The position numbers were made by a program, and so were the translations under genes. This document shows, in pieces, positions 18,461 to 27,914 of a stretch of DNA of 64,000 bases. The stretch is from Microgenomates group bacterium (GTDB taxonomy: Bacteria > Patescibacteriota > Microgenomatia > PFEM01 > JBNASD01), in assembly GCA_049720225.1 (NCBI GenBank), contig JBNASD010000001.1:293217-357216 (forward strand), given 5' to 3'. The stretch's first letter is position 1, and the number at the start of each line of letters is the position of its first letter. Below the pieces are notes generated by a model. That model was not told the origin of the DNA, searched no databases, and saw only the letters and a program-made list of their open reading frames with translations.

Positions 18461-20330
18461 AAAGCAAACCTCCTAAAACAATCCCCCCTAAAAAAATTAA
18501 AACTCCTTTTACTCCCAATCCTGGCAAAAGAAAACTACTGGTTAAAATTGCTCCTAAAAATCCCCCAAATAAATCAAAAGCATAAATAAAACCGGGGTTT
18601 TTGTATTTTTTTAGATAATTTTTATTAATTAAAGCAAAAATCATTCCGCCAATAAATCCAATACCTAAAGCCAAAATTGGCCAAAAATTTACCTGATGAA
18701 TTAAAAATAAAAATGGTAAATAGCCCATAAACAAAATTTTCAATTTCCAATTTTCAATTTTCAAATATTTTTTCTCAATTACTCCCACCCCCAATCCTAT
18801 CCCTATCAAAACGGCGGCAAAAATTAAAGCAATTTGACTATAAAGATAACCAATTTTTGTTTGAAAAATAAAAATCAACAAAATCTCTAAACTTATTAAA
18901 ATAAAACTAGAAATGGCGACAGTCACTCCCCAATTAATTTTTCTAGAACCAAATAATAAAATTAAAAATAATAAAATCAACAAAAAAATAGGAATGATTT
19001 TTACTAATTTAATTAAATAAACTGGTAGCTTAAAACTAAAAATTGTTTGCCAAAAAAGTTGTTGATAGAAAAAAGCTGTAGGATTAAAATCATTATTTAT
19101 TTCTGCCGGTGTATTTTGAATTTTTTCTAAAATTTTTTGACGTCTTTGATTATCAATTTGATACCAAAAATAATCTTTAAATTGAAAGCTAATTTTTTCC
19201 TGATTAATTTTTAATTCTTCAAAACCAGCTAAAAAAATTAGCTGATCTTCAGGAGTTAATAACTCCAAAAAAGGAAAGGCTATTTTTAAAGTTTGATAAA
19301 GAGAACTAACAAATCTTGCTGCCTCCTCGCTTTGGTAGTCAGTCGGTGAATGAATAATTAAAGCAAATATTCCGTTTTTACTTAGTCGATTTTTGATTTT
19401 TTCAAAAGACTCATAGGTAAAGTAGCGGTTGGTTAACAAAGTTTGAGGATTGCCTAAAGAAAAAATAATTAAATTCCATTGTTGCCTATCATCATTTAAA
19501 AATTGTCTGGGGTCGCTGATAATCAAATCAATTCCGGGAATCAAAAGCTCTTTTTCTAAATTGGCAAGCTTTTCATCAATCTCTATAAAAATAATCTTTT
19601 CAGATAAAGATAACTTTTTAATTTCCGAAGCAATATTAGGATTACCAAATACCAAAATTTTTTTATCTTCTTTCACAAACGGTATAATTAAACTTAAAAT
19701 TTGTTTTGTTTCGTAACTTTCTTGATTAGTAAAAGCAAGTTGGCCACTAACAAAATAACTCCGTTGATTGTCTTGGTTATTAATAATTATTTGTTGGTAT
19801 TTAGAATTAATTACTTTTTCTAAACCAGGATATCGCCATTTCAAGCCAAAGGAAAAATTAATTGTTGCTAAAATAAAACTAAAAATTAATCCCCCAGCGG
19901 TAAAGCCAATTGTTTCCCAAAAGTAACCTAAATTAGGTCGCCAAAAACTCACTCCCAAAGCAAAAACTGCCCCCAAAAGAAAGCAAAAAATAAAAAGAGG
20001 CGGAAATATAACCATAAAAACAAAAATTGGATCTGGCAATTCTCCAAAAGAAACAAGTAGTCCCACTAGCCATCGCCAATAAATGATTAAAAGAGGCAAA
20101 AGAAAAACCAAAATTCCCAAAATTACCCAAAGAAATTTAAAATTTTTAAAAAATTTTTTAAATTTAATCCCAAACAATCCTCCTAATCCAGAAAATAACA
20201 TCCAACTTCCCAGTCCTAATCCATAAAACATCTCATTGCTATAAAAAAGGTTGGCAATTTCTCTCAAAATTAACGCTTGAGCCAAAATGGAAATTACCCC
20301 AAGAAGAAAAAAGAAGATGGGAAAAATCAT
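18438..20330 (-). CDS. Polytopic membrane protein with an embedded spermidine-synthase-like (SpeE fold) domain
   Basis: It has about 7 N-terminal TM and a central Rossmann-like block (IEIDEKL...LIISDPRQ...NLIIFSLGNPQTLLTNRYFTYESFEKIKNRLSKNGIFAL). The canonical GGGDGG is replaced by FGNPNI. More TM follow at the C-terminus. Confidence 0.45.
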   Translation of the reverse strand: MIFPIFFFLLGVISILAQALILREIANLFYSNEMFYGLGLGSWMLFSGLGGLFGIKFKKFFKNFKFLWVILGILVFLLPLLIIYWRWLVGLLVSFGELPDPIFVFMVIFPPLFIFCFLLGAVFALGVSFWRPNLGYFWETIGFTAGGLIFSFILATINFSFGLKWRYPGLEKVINSKYQQIIINNQDNQRSYFVSGQLAFTNQESYETKQILSLIIPFVKEDKKILVFGNPNIASEIKKLSLSEKIIFIEIDEKLANLEKELLIPGIDLIISDPRQFLNDDRQQWNLIIFSLGNPQTLLTNRYFTYESFEKIKNRLSKNGIFALIIHSPTDYQSEEAARFVSSLYQTLKIAFPFLELLTPEDQLIFLAGFEELKINQEKISFQFKDYFWYQIDNQRRQKILEKIQNTPAEINNDFNPTAFFYQQLFWQTIFSFKLPVYLIKLVKIIPIFLLILLFLILLFGSRKINWGVTVAISSFILISLEILLIFIFQTKIGYLYSQIALIFAAVLIGIGLGVGVIEKKYLKIENWKLKILFMGYLPFLFLIHQVNFWPILALGIGFIGGMIFALINKNYLKKYKNPGFIYAFDLFGGFLGAILTSSFLLPGLGVKGVLIFLGGIVLGGLLSIAKLRG

Positions 20331-20333
20331 AAT

Positions 20334-21797
20334 TTAATTATAAACCAATCTTCCTTCTACCTTTCTGAAAACATTTTGATTATTTCTCAACCATTCCTCC
20401 AAAACCTGTTGAGCCGAGGTGGTTACCACTTTTGATTTTCCCGAGGCTAAAAGTTCTTCTTGAGTAATATTTAAATAAGAGGCGCAGTTATTAAAATGAT
20501 ATCCTTGCATACAGATAGTATAAAATTTGGTTTTGTCGATTGGCACTCCATCAATAGCTAAAGAAACTAACCGATGTTCTTCGTCAGAATAAATGGCGCG
20601 CACTTTTCCATTTACCTGATAACATTCTCCCTCCCCATTACGATTTTCCGTTCGCATAATATGAGAAAAAATTTTTTCCAGTTGAGCGCCGGTAATTGTA
20701 AATCGATGCAATACATCATCATAGGGAAAACAGGCTAATAAATCTTTCAGCGTCACCGCCGGTCCCAATTGAGTTGCTCTTATTGAACCGCTTCCTACCA
20801 GCATTACATCACATTCTGCCACTTCCGCAAAAGCATCGGCAATCAAATTACCCAAAGAAGTTTCGACTTCTCTTTTAGGATGGGTAAGTGTCTGGGAAAA
20901 CTTACATAAAATCACATTATATTTTCTATCAACTTCTTTTTGAAAACTTAAAATATAATCTTCAAGCTTTTTATCGGGTTTGGCTAATTTATTATCAATT
21001 GGAATCAGTTGCCATTTATAGTCAACAACGCTATTGGTATCATCATCAACCAAAATATCAAATCTTCCAATCTGATTCGTTCCCACTCCTGCTTGGGCAA
21101 TTAAAATATTATTTACTTTTACTGGCTTATCTAAAATCGTATGGGAATGACCGCCAATAATCATATCCACTCCCCATTCCGGCCGAAGCAGTCTTGCCAA
21201 CTTTATATCCTCTTCAAATCCAATATGAGTTAACAAAATCGTCAAATCAATATCATCATTTTTATAAGCATTACAAATTTTTCCTACTTCTTTACTTGCT
21301 TCTTCTACTCCCACAAAAGTACCAATTAGTTTATCTTGTTTGATGGAATCTAAAATTTTTTCGGTAATAATTCCCGTAAACAAAATATCAAATCCCGCTT
21401 TTTTCAAAATTAAATAAGGAAGTAAAAGCCGACGATTGTTTTTAATGATATATAAATTGGCATTTACTAAGGGAAAATTAGCCATTTTCTCCAAAAACAA
21501 AAGATGAGGTAAACCATAATCAACTTCATGATTACCAATTGCCACCACATCCGGCGCTAAATAATTCATAATTTCAATAGTCGAGCAACCTTTCCATTCG
21601 GTATCAATCAACGAGCCCTGAAGCATATCACCGGAAATAACATACAAAACATTTTCCTCTTCTTTTCTAACTTTATTGATATACCCCGAAAGTAAAGCTA
21701 ATCCCCCAATCAACTCTTTTTTCCCGGCTTGAATTTCCGCCAAAAAATCCCCATGCATATCATTGGAATGAAGAATAGTAAATTTCTTAGTTTTCAT
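20334..21797 (-). CDS. Bifunctional metallophosphatase/5'-nucleotidase family protein
   Basis: The calcineurin-like motifs are DMHGD, GNHEVDYG and GGHSH. It also has a 5'-nucleotidase C-terminal domain. There is no signal peptide. Confidence 0.8.
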   Translation of the reverse strand: MKTKKFTILHSNDMHGDFLAEIQAGKKELIGGLALLSGYINKVRKEEENVLYVISGDMLQGSLIDTEWKGCSTIEIMNYLAPDVVAIGNHEVDYGLPHLLFLEKMANFPLVNANLYIIKNNRRLLLPYLILKKAGFDILFTGIITEKILDSIKQDKLIGTFVGVEEASKEVGKICNAYKNDDIDLTILLTHIGFEEDIKLARLLRPEWGVDMIIGGHSHTILDKPVKVNNILIAQAGVGTNQIGRFDILVDDDTNSVVDYKWQLIPIDNKLAKPDKKLEDYILSFQKEVDRKYNVILCKFSQTLTHPKREVETSLGNLIADAFAEVAECDVMLVGSGSIRATQLGPAVTLKDLLACFPYDDVLHRFTITGAQLEKIFSHIMRTENRNGEGECYQVNGKVRAIYSDEEHRLVSLAIDGVPIDKTKFYTICMQGYHFNNCASYLNITQEELLASGKSKVVTTSAQQVLEEWLRNNQNVFRKVEGRLVYN

Positions 21798-21802
21798 GAA
21801 CT

Positions 21803-22774
21803 TTAAAGTTTAATCAATTTTTCTAACCATGGAACATGCTTATTTTTTCTTTTCCACCAAATATCTTCCCAAACATAATGAACCGCCAATGCTTTCCACT
21901 TTCCCCATTTTTCAAAAAATTTTAACATTTTTTCTACTGGAACTAATTCTTTTTCGTAATCTTTATTAAAAAAAATTTTGGTATAAATTTTCTGCTCCCA
22001 AGGAGAAATATGATTTAAATAATCCCAATGGTGAAAGACATCAACCATAATATAATTTAATGTTGCTGGGACAACGCCATACAAAGAAAGCAATGTTTCC
22101 TCCTGTTTCTCTTTACTTTCCTTTCTTAATTTTAACCCATCCACCACACCATTAGCAAAGGGTTGGGAAATTTTGATTAAAGATTTTGCCCGATATCCAA
22201 CCTTAAGATTTCTTAACTCCTCCTCTCCAGTATTTGCTAAAATTTCCGGCTCCCAAAAACACCAAAGCTTTTGCTCGCCATATTCAAGCAAACTACCATA
22301 TTTTTCAAAAAGAGTCTGAAGCATACTCACACTTCTTTTTACGGTGGCGTTTTGTAACACAATCCCAATAATTAAGTATTCATAAAGAGAACCGGCATGC
22401 ATTGGCCGAAGACCAGAAAATTTTTTAATAATCGGGGCTAAAATGTGGTCTTTTTCTACCTTTTTATAAAAACTCTTTAAATCTAAATCTAAATTGAACC
22501 GCCAAATAATCTCTTTTTTTAAAGTCTTATAAAATTCGGACGATAAACTCTTTGCGGAAAATACTCTTATTTTTATTTTTGGTTTTGTTTTTATACCAGA
22601 ATCTTCGTAAATTAACCCTAATTTTTCTCCTTTCCATAACATTGTTTGCCATCTTTTCCCTGGTTCCCATTGGCAATCTCCGCTAGGAAAATGGTCAGGT
22701 TTATAAAAAGTTAAATCAAAACTAAAAGGATAGGTAGGAATAATTTCCAAAACTTTTTGATATTTTAATTTCAT
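21803..22774 (-). CDS. HhH-GPD superfamily DNA glycosylase-like protein (Ogg/AlkA-like)
   Basis: A helix-hairpin-helix region with VGYRAKSLIKIS resembles the GYRA motif of Ogg/AlkA enzymes. The assignment is tentative. Confidence 0.45.
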   Translation of the reverse strand: MKLKYQKVLEIIPTYPFSFDLTFYKPDHFPSGDCQWEPGKRWQTMLWKGEKLGLIYEDSGIKTKPKIKIRVFSAKSLSSEFYKTLKKEIIWRFNLDLDLKSFYKKVEKDHILAPIIKKFSGLRPMHAGSLYEYLIIGIVLQNATVKRSVSMLQTLFEKYGSLLEYGEQKLWCFWEPEILANTGEEELRNLKVGYRAKSLIKISQPFANGVVDGLKLRKESKEKQEETLLSLYGVVPATLNYIMVDVFHHWDYLNHISPWEQKIYTKIFFNKDYEKELVPVEKMLKFFEKWGKWKALAVHYVWEDIWWKRKNKHVPWLEKLIKL

Positions 22775-22793
22775 TTTTACCCTTCAAAGATAT

Positions 22794-24167
22794 TTACTTT
22801 CTCCAGTGAATATGTTTAATTTGAACTAATTCCATAAAGCCAAACTCTCCATGTTCTCTTCCTATTCCGCTTTTTTTATAACCTCCAAAGGGACATGAGG
22901 GAAAGAAAAAACTGTCGGTATTAACTGAAATTGTTCCTGCCTGAATTTGAGAAGCTACTTCTTTAGCTAATCTTCTGTCTGAGGTATAAATCTCCGCACT
23001 TAATCCATAGATGGTATCATTAGCGATTCTTATTGCTTCTTCTTTATCCTTAAAGGGTAAAATTGGTAATACAGGACCAAAAACTTCCTCCTTGTACACC
23101 CGCATATTCTTTTTAATATTAACTAAAAGAGTTGGTTCAAAGAAAGCACCATTAAAACCATCTGGTTTTTTTCCTCCAGCTATAATTTTTGCACCCTTTT
23201 TTACTGCATCTTTTACTTGGCACTCTAAAATTTCTAATTGTTTTTTAGAGATTAAACTTCCCATTTCTGTTTCCGGATTTAAAGGATCCCCGATTTTGAC
23301 TTTTTCTACCCGAGATTTAAGTTTCTCTACTACTTTTTCAAATATTGATTTTTCAACCAAAAGTCTTTTAATTGCCGTGCATACTTGACCGCAATTCAAA
23401 AAACGACCAGTATATATTTCTTCTATAGCATTATCTAAATTAGCATCGGCAAAAACAATTGCTGGACTACTTCCTCCCAATTCTAAAACTGCTTTTATGA
23501 ATTTTTTTCCCACTTTTTGATAAATTTCTTGACCGGCAGCCGAGCTTCCGGTAAACCAAATTAAATCTATCTGACTATCTACTAACTTTTTTCCTACTTC
23601 TTCATTGCCAAAAACAATATTAAATACTCCCTCTGGTAAACCTACCTGGTTAAGCAAATCCCCTAAAAATTTACCGGTTAAGGGTGTTTCTTCTGACGGC
23701 TTGAAAACTACCGTATTTCCCACTAAAAGATTAGGAACAATCCCCCAAATTGGTAAATCTAAAGGAAAATTCCATGGGGTAATTACCGCCGTAACTCCAT
23801 AGGGTTCAAAAACCAATTCACTTTTACCTCCACCATCTTCAAATAAAACTCTTTTTGGAAGAAATTTTAGGGCTTCCTTTAAAAAATAATTAAAATATTT
23901 TTGGTCAAACTCAACTTCATCGTAGGCTTCCCTTATTGGTTTACCTGTTTCTAAAGTGATTAATTTAGCTATTTTTTCTTTATTATTTAAAATCAAATTT
24001 TTAATTTTTTTTAAAATTTTTATTCGGTTTTCAAGCGATATTTTTCTCCATTTTTCTTTAACTTCATGTGCTTTTTCCACACATAAACCAATTTCTTTAT
24101 CAGAGGAAACTTTAACTTTTCCTATTACCTCGTAATTTTTTGCCGGATTAGTAGAATAAAGAAACAT
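22794..24167 (-). CDS. NAD(P)+-dependent aldehyde dehydrogenase
   Basis: It has ELGGSSP, the catalytic Cys context FLNCGQVCTA, and EEVFGPVLPI. Confidence 0.9.
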   Translation of the reverse strand: MFLYSTNPAKNYEVIGKVKVSSDKEIGLCVEKAHEVKEKWRKISLENRIKILKKIKNLILNNKEKIAKLITLETGKPIREAYDEVEFDQKYFNYFLKEALKFLPKRVLFEDGGGKSELVFEPYGVTAVITPWNFPLDLPIWGIVPNLLVGNTVVFKPSEETPLTGKFLGDLLNQVGLPEGVFNIVFGNEEVGKKLVDSQIDLIWFTGSSAAGQEIYQKVGKKFIKAVLELGGSSPAIVFADANLDNAIEEIYTGRFLNCGQVCTAIKRLLVEKSIFEKVVEKLKSRVEKVKIGDPLNPETEMGSLISKKQLEILECQVKDAVKKGAKIIAGGKKPDGFNGAFFEPTLLVNIKKNMRVYKEEVFGPVLPILPFKDKEEAIRIANDTIYGLSAEIYTSDRRLAKEVASQIQAGTISVNTDSFFFPSCPFGGYKKSGIGREHGEFGFMELVQIKHIHWRK

Positions 24168-24267
24168 CAGAAAATTTTAACAAAAAACTCTAAAGATTTC
24201 ATCAGAGTAATTAGGACACATAGCAAGGTTAATTTCTTTAACTCCATTTGCTATAATCAAGCTGTGA

Positions 24268-25791
24268 ATGAAAAAATTTTTTTGGATAGGGGGCATAATA
24301 TTTTTGGTAGGAATTTTGGGTTTGCCGATTTGGTTTATTAAAAATAAATCAAAAGAAATGGAAAATAAGAAATCTGCAAAAACTATTCGTTTACCCGCCG
24401 TTGCCGGTGCTTTTTATCCAGCAGAAAAAGAAATTTTAGACTCCCAAATCTCTACTTTAATCAATCAAAGTAAGAAAATTTCTGAAGAGGGAAAATTAAG
24501 GATTTTAATTGTGCCTCATGCAGGAATTCAATATTCCGGACCAACCGCTGCCGCTGGATTTAAACAAATTGAAGGTCAAGATTATAAAAAAGTAATAATT
24601 TTAGGAGCCAGTCACCGGGCTTGGTTTAACCATGCCGCTGTTTTTAGTCAAGGAGTTTGGGAGACTCCCTTAGGCCAAGTAGAAATTGACCAAAATTTAG
24701 CGGAAGAAATTTTGGGAGAAAAAATTATTGCCGATGAAAATCCCCATCTTTCAGAACATTCCTTAGAAGTAGAATTAATTTTTCTTCAAAAAGTTTTAAA
24801 AAATTTCAAAATTGTTCCTATTTTAGTTAGTCAAACCAGCGAAGAATTAATTAATAATTTAGCTGAAAAAATCGCCCAAAATTTTGACGACCAAACCTTA
24901 TTAGTAGTTTCTACTGATTTATCTCATTATCCTCCTTATGAAATTGCCAAAAAGGTAGATAACCAGACTATCGAGGCAATTTTAACTGGAGATTTAGAAA
25001 AATTTAACCAAACAGTTTCTCAATTAGAATCCGCAGGTTATCCCGGTTTAGAAACTGCCATTTGTGGACAAGAAGCCGTTAAAGTTGGTTTGGTAGTTGG
25101 AAAAATTTTAGGTGTTAATTGGCAAAAAATTAAATACGAAAACTCCGGCGATACTGCCGGAGAAAAAAACCAAGTAGTAGGATATGTCGCCATTGGTGGA
25201 TGGAGCAAAACTCTTCCTTTAAAAGAGGAATCTTCTTCCGCTGATTATCTTAATGAAGAAGAAAAAAAACAAGCTTTAGAAATTGCCCGAAAAACATTGG
25301 AAGAATATCTTAATAACGGTAAAATCCCCTCTTTAACTTCTTCACTTCCTGGTTTATCAAAACCGTTAGGTTGTTTTGTCACTCTTCGTAAACATGGAGA
25401 GCTCCGTGGTTGTATTGGCGAATTTGAACCAAAAGAACCGCTTTATAAAGTAATTCAACGAATGGCAATTGCCGCCGCTACCGAAGACCCTCGTTTTCCT
25501 CCAGTAAAGGCGAAAGAATTAAAAGAGATTAAAATTGAAATTTCGGTAATGACCCCAAAAAGAAAAATTGATGATTGGAAAAAAATTGAATTAGGAAAAC
25601 ATGGAGTGGTTATTCAAAAAGGTTTTCGCTCTGGCACATTTTTACCGCAAGTAGCAACAGAAACGGGTTGGGGTTTGGAAGAATTTTTATCTCAACTTTG
25701 CTGGCAAAAAGCCGGTTTACCACCTGACTGTTACAAAGATCCTTCGGTTAATCTTTATGTTTTTGAAGCCCAAGTTTTTGAAGAAGATTAA
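24268..25791 (+). CDS. Fusion of Memo-like (AmmeMemoRadiSam protein B) and AMMECR1 (protein A) domains, with an N-terminal TM anchor
   Basis: The N-terminus has a TM. Memo motifs follow (ILIVPHAGIQYSGPTAA, GASHRAW). The C-terminal AMMECR1 motifs are GCFVTLRKHGELRGCIG and FRSGTFLPQVA. Confidence 0.8.
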   Translation: MKKFFWIGGIIFLVGILGLPIWFIKNKSKEMENKKSAKTIRLPAVAGAFYPAEKEILDSQISTLINQSKKISEEGKLRILIVPHAGIQYSGPTAAAGFKQIEGQDYKKVIILGASHRAWFNHAAVFSQGVWETPLGQVEIDQNLAEEILGEKIIADENPHLSEHSLEVELIFLQKVLKNFKIVPILVSQTSEELINNLAEKIAQNFDDQTLLVVSTDLSHYPPYEIAKKVDNQTIEAILTGDLEKFNQTVSQLESAGYPGLETAICGQEAVKVGLVVGKILGVNWQKIKYENSGDTAGEKNQVVGYVAIGGWSKTLPLKEESSSADYLNEEEKKQALEIARKTLEEYLNNGKIPSLTSSLPGLSKPLGCFVTLRKHGELRGCIGEFEPKEPLYKVIQRMAIAAATEDPRFPPVKAKELKEIKIEISVMTPKRKIDDWKKIELGKHGVVIQKGFRSGTFLPQVATETGWGLEEFLSQLCWQKAGLPPDCYKDPSVNLYVFEAQVFEED

Positions 25792-26759
25792 TGAGTAAAA
25801 GAAAGTTTCTTCTTTTTTTAGTTTTTGGGGGATTAATTTTTGGGATTTTTTTAATTTTCTCTTATAAAAAATTATCATTTTCCTCCGTTAAAAATTTTAA
25901 ATATTCTTTTAATCAATTTTCTCCAACTTCTTCGCCGACTAAACTTCCAATAATTACTTTAATTGCTGTGGGCGACGTGATGTTAGGAAGAACAATAAAC
26001 TATCACTCTGTCAAAAACAATAATTTTACCTGGATGTGGGAAAAAACGGTTAATGAGCTTCGGTCGGCAGATTTAACTTTAATTAATTTAGAATCGCCGC
26101 TAGTAGAAAATTGTCCAGTTACTACCTCAGGAATGATTTTTTGCGGAGACCCAAAAAATATTGAAGGTTTAAAGTTCGCCGAAATTGATTTAGTTAATTT
26201 AGCTAATAATCATATCGCCAATTATGGGAAGAAAGGAATTGAAAATACTATCAACTTACTCAATGGTGCCAATATCGTTCCAATTGGTACTAATACTCCA
26301 GTTTATAAAAATATAAAAGGCATTAAATTTGCTTTTTTAGGCTATAGTGATTTTGCGGTGCCCCAAGAAATTTCTCAAGTAAAAAAAGAAAAAATAATTC
26401 AAGAAATTGCTCAAGCTAAAACTCAAGCAGATATCATAATTATCTCTTTTCATTGGGGAGAAGAATATACCAATCAACCTACTTCTCGCCAAAAAGAGTT
26501 AGCTTATCTTGCCATAGATTCTGGAGCAGATTTAGTCATCGGCCACCATCCCCACTGGATTCAACCCGAAGAATTTTATAAAGAAAAACTAATTGTTTAC
26601 AGTTTAGGCAATTTTATTTTTGACCAATTTTGGTCAGAAAAAACTACCCAAGGATTATTAGGAAAATTTATTTTTGAAGGAAAAAAATTAGTTTCTTATC
26701 AATTAATTCCTATAAAAATTATCCCTCCTGGTCAACCTACTTTAGAAAATTTTCCATAA
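25791..26759 (+). CDS. CapA/PgsA family (PGA_cap) metallophosphatase-like protein
   Basis: It has an N-terminal TM and the motifs VGDVMLGR, ANNHIANYG, HWGEEYT and DLVIGHHPHW. Confidence 0.8.
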   Translation: MSKRKFLLFLVFGGLIFGIFLIFSYKKLSFSSVKNFKYSFNQFSPTSSPTKLPIITLIAVGDVMLGRTINYHSVKNNNFTWMWEKTVNELRSADLTLINLESPLVENCPVTTSGMIFCGDPKNIEGLKFAEIDLVNLANNHIANYGKKGIENTINLLNGANIVPIGTNTPVYKNIKGIKFAFLGYSDFAVPQEISQVKKEKIIQEIAQAKTQADIIIISFHWGEEYTNQPTSRQKELAYLAIDSGADLVIGHHPHWIQPEEFYKEKLIVYSLGNFIFDQFWSEKTTQGLLGKFIFEGKKLVSYQLIPIKIIPPGQPTLENFP

Positions 26760-27175
26760 AGCTGAGTTTTTATCTCTTTTTCGTCTTTTTCAGCTAAAAC
26801 TTCAATCCCTTGACTTTTTAAATAATTTTTCAATTCAGAAGAAATTTTTAAAGAATTTTTAAAAATATCCAAAATCGCCGTAGGTAAATCATCACCCGCA
26901 ATTCGGTTGATAGAAATTTTTCCGCAAATTTTACACTGATGAACAATCATAATTTCTCCTTGACGAGGTTTGCCAGTAAATTTATCAATTCCTTCTTTTT
27001 TAAAAGTTAAAGCAATCGGCGTCATCAATCCCCCACAAAAAGCTTTTCTATCTCCTGATTTTTTATCCAAATGTTTTGACCATAAACAAAAAGGACAGTG
27101 ATTACGATGGGCAGTTCCCAAAGCTTTAAGAGGTACTTCCTTACCGCAATTTTCGCAAATAAATTTACCTTTCAT
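26732..27175 (-). CDS. RNHCP domain protein
   Basis: It has CENCGK...RNHCPFCLWSKH...CGGLM...CKICG, a zinc-ribbon-like RNHCP signature. Confidence 0.7.
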   Translation of the reverse strand: MKGKFICENCGKEVPLKALGTAHRNHCPFCLWSKHLDKKSGDRKAFCGGLMTPIALTFKKEGIDKFTGKPRQGEIMIVHQCKICGKISINRIAGDDLPTAILDIFKNSLKISSELKNYLKSQGIEVLAEKDEKEIKTQLYGKFSKVG

Positions 27176-27914
27176 AAAAAATTCCTACAGGAATTTTTCC
27201 TTGTCCGTCTTCATAATTCCATTCTTCCGCTTTTTCTAAAGCTTCACATAAATTTTTGGCTGGTTTTTCTAATTCATAAACTCTTTGGTTGTAATCTTGA
27301 AAAGTGTTAAAAAAAACTAAACAAGGTTGAAGAATATCTATAAACGCAAATCCATTATAAAAAAGGGCTTTTTTAATTAATGAAAATAAATGATCCGGTT
27401 TCCCCACATATCCGCGAGCAACAAAACCTGCTCCTACGGAAATCATTAATTTTAGCGGATTTATCGGTAACTCTTTACTTCCTTCTGGGGTAGATTTTCC
27501 TTTAAAACCTAACGGTGAAGTGGCAGTAAACTGACCAGTCGTTAAAGCAAAAGTCCGATTATCATGAACCAAAACCACCATGGGAATATTTCTTTTTGCG
27601 GCATGAATTAAATGTTCTATTCCCTCATTGTAAGCATCACCATCACCAACACTTACTATTACCTTTAAATTAGGATTGGCAATTTTAATTCCTGTTGCCA
27701 CCGCCACTCCCCGTCCATGCAAAGCATAAAAACTGTTAATATTTAAATAATCCGCCATTTTTCCGTGGCAACCAATCCCGGTAACCAAAACAAAATTTTC
27801 CCGACCAATTTCTTTTTCTGTCTCTTCAATTAATTTTTTTAAAGTATTTAAAATCAAAAAATTTCCACACCCGGGACACCAAGTTTTTAAGGTATTAGTT
27901 TCTAAGTTGTTCAT
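27165..27914 (-). CDS. korB: 2-oxoacid:ferredoxin oxidoreductase, beta (TPP-binding) subunit
   Basis: It has WCPGCGNF and the TPP-binding GDGDAYNEG, and sits next to the alpha subunit. Confidence 0.85.
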   Translation of the reverse strand: MNNLETNTLKTWCPGCGNFLILNTLKKLIEETEKEIGRENFVLVTGIGCHGKMADYLNINSFYALHGRGVAVATGIKIANPNLKVIVSVGDGDAYNEGIEHLIHAAKRNIPMVVLVHDNRTFALTTGQFTATSPLGFKGKSTPEGSKELPINPLKLMISVGAGFVARGYVGKPDHLFSLIKKALFYNGFAFIDILQPCLVFFNTFQDYNQRVYELEKPAKNLCEALEKAEEWNYEDGQGKIPVGIFYER

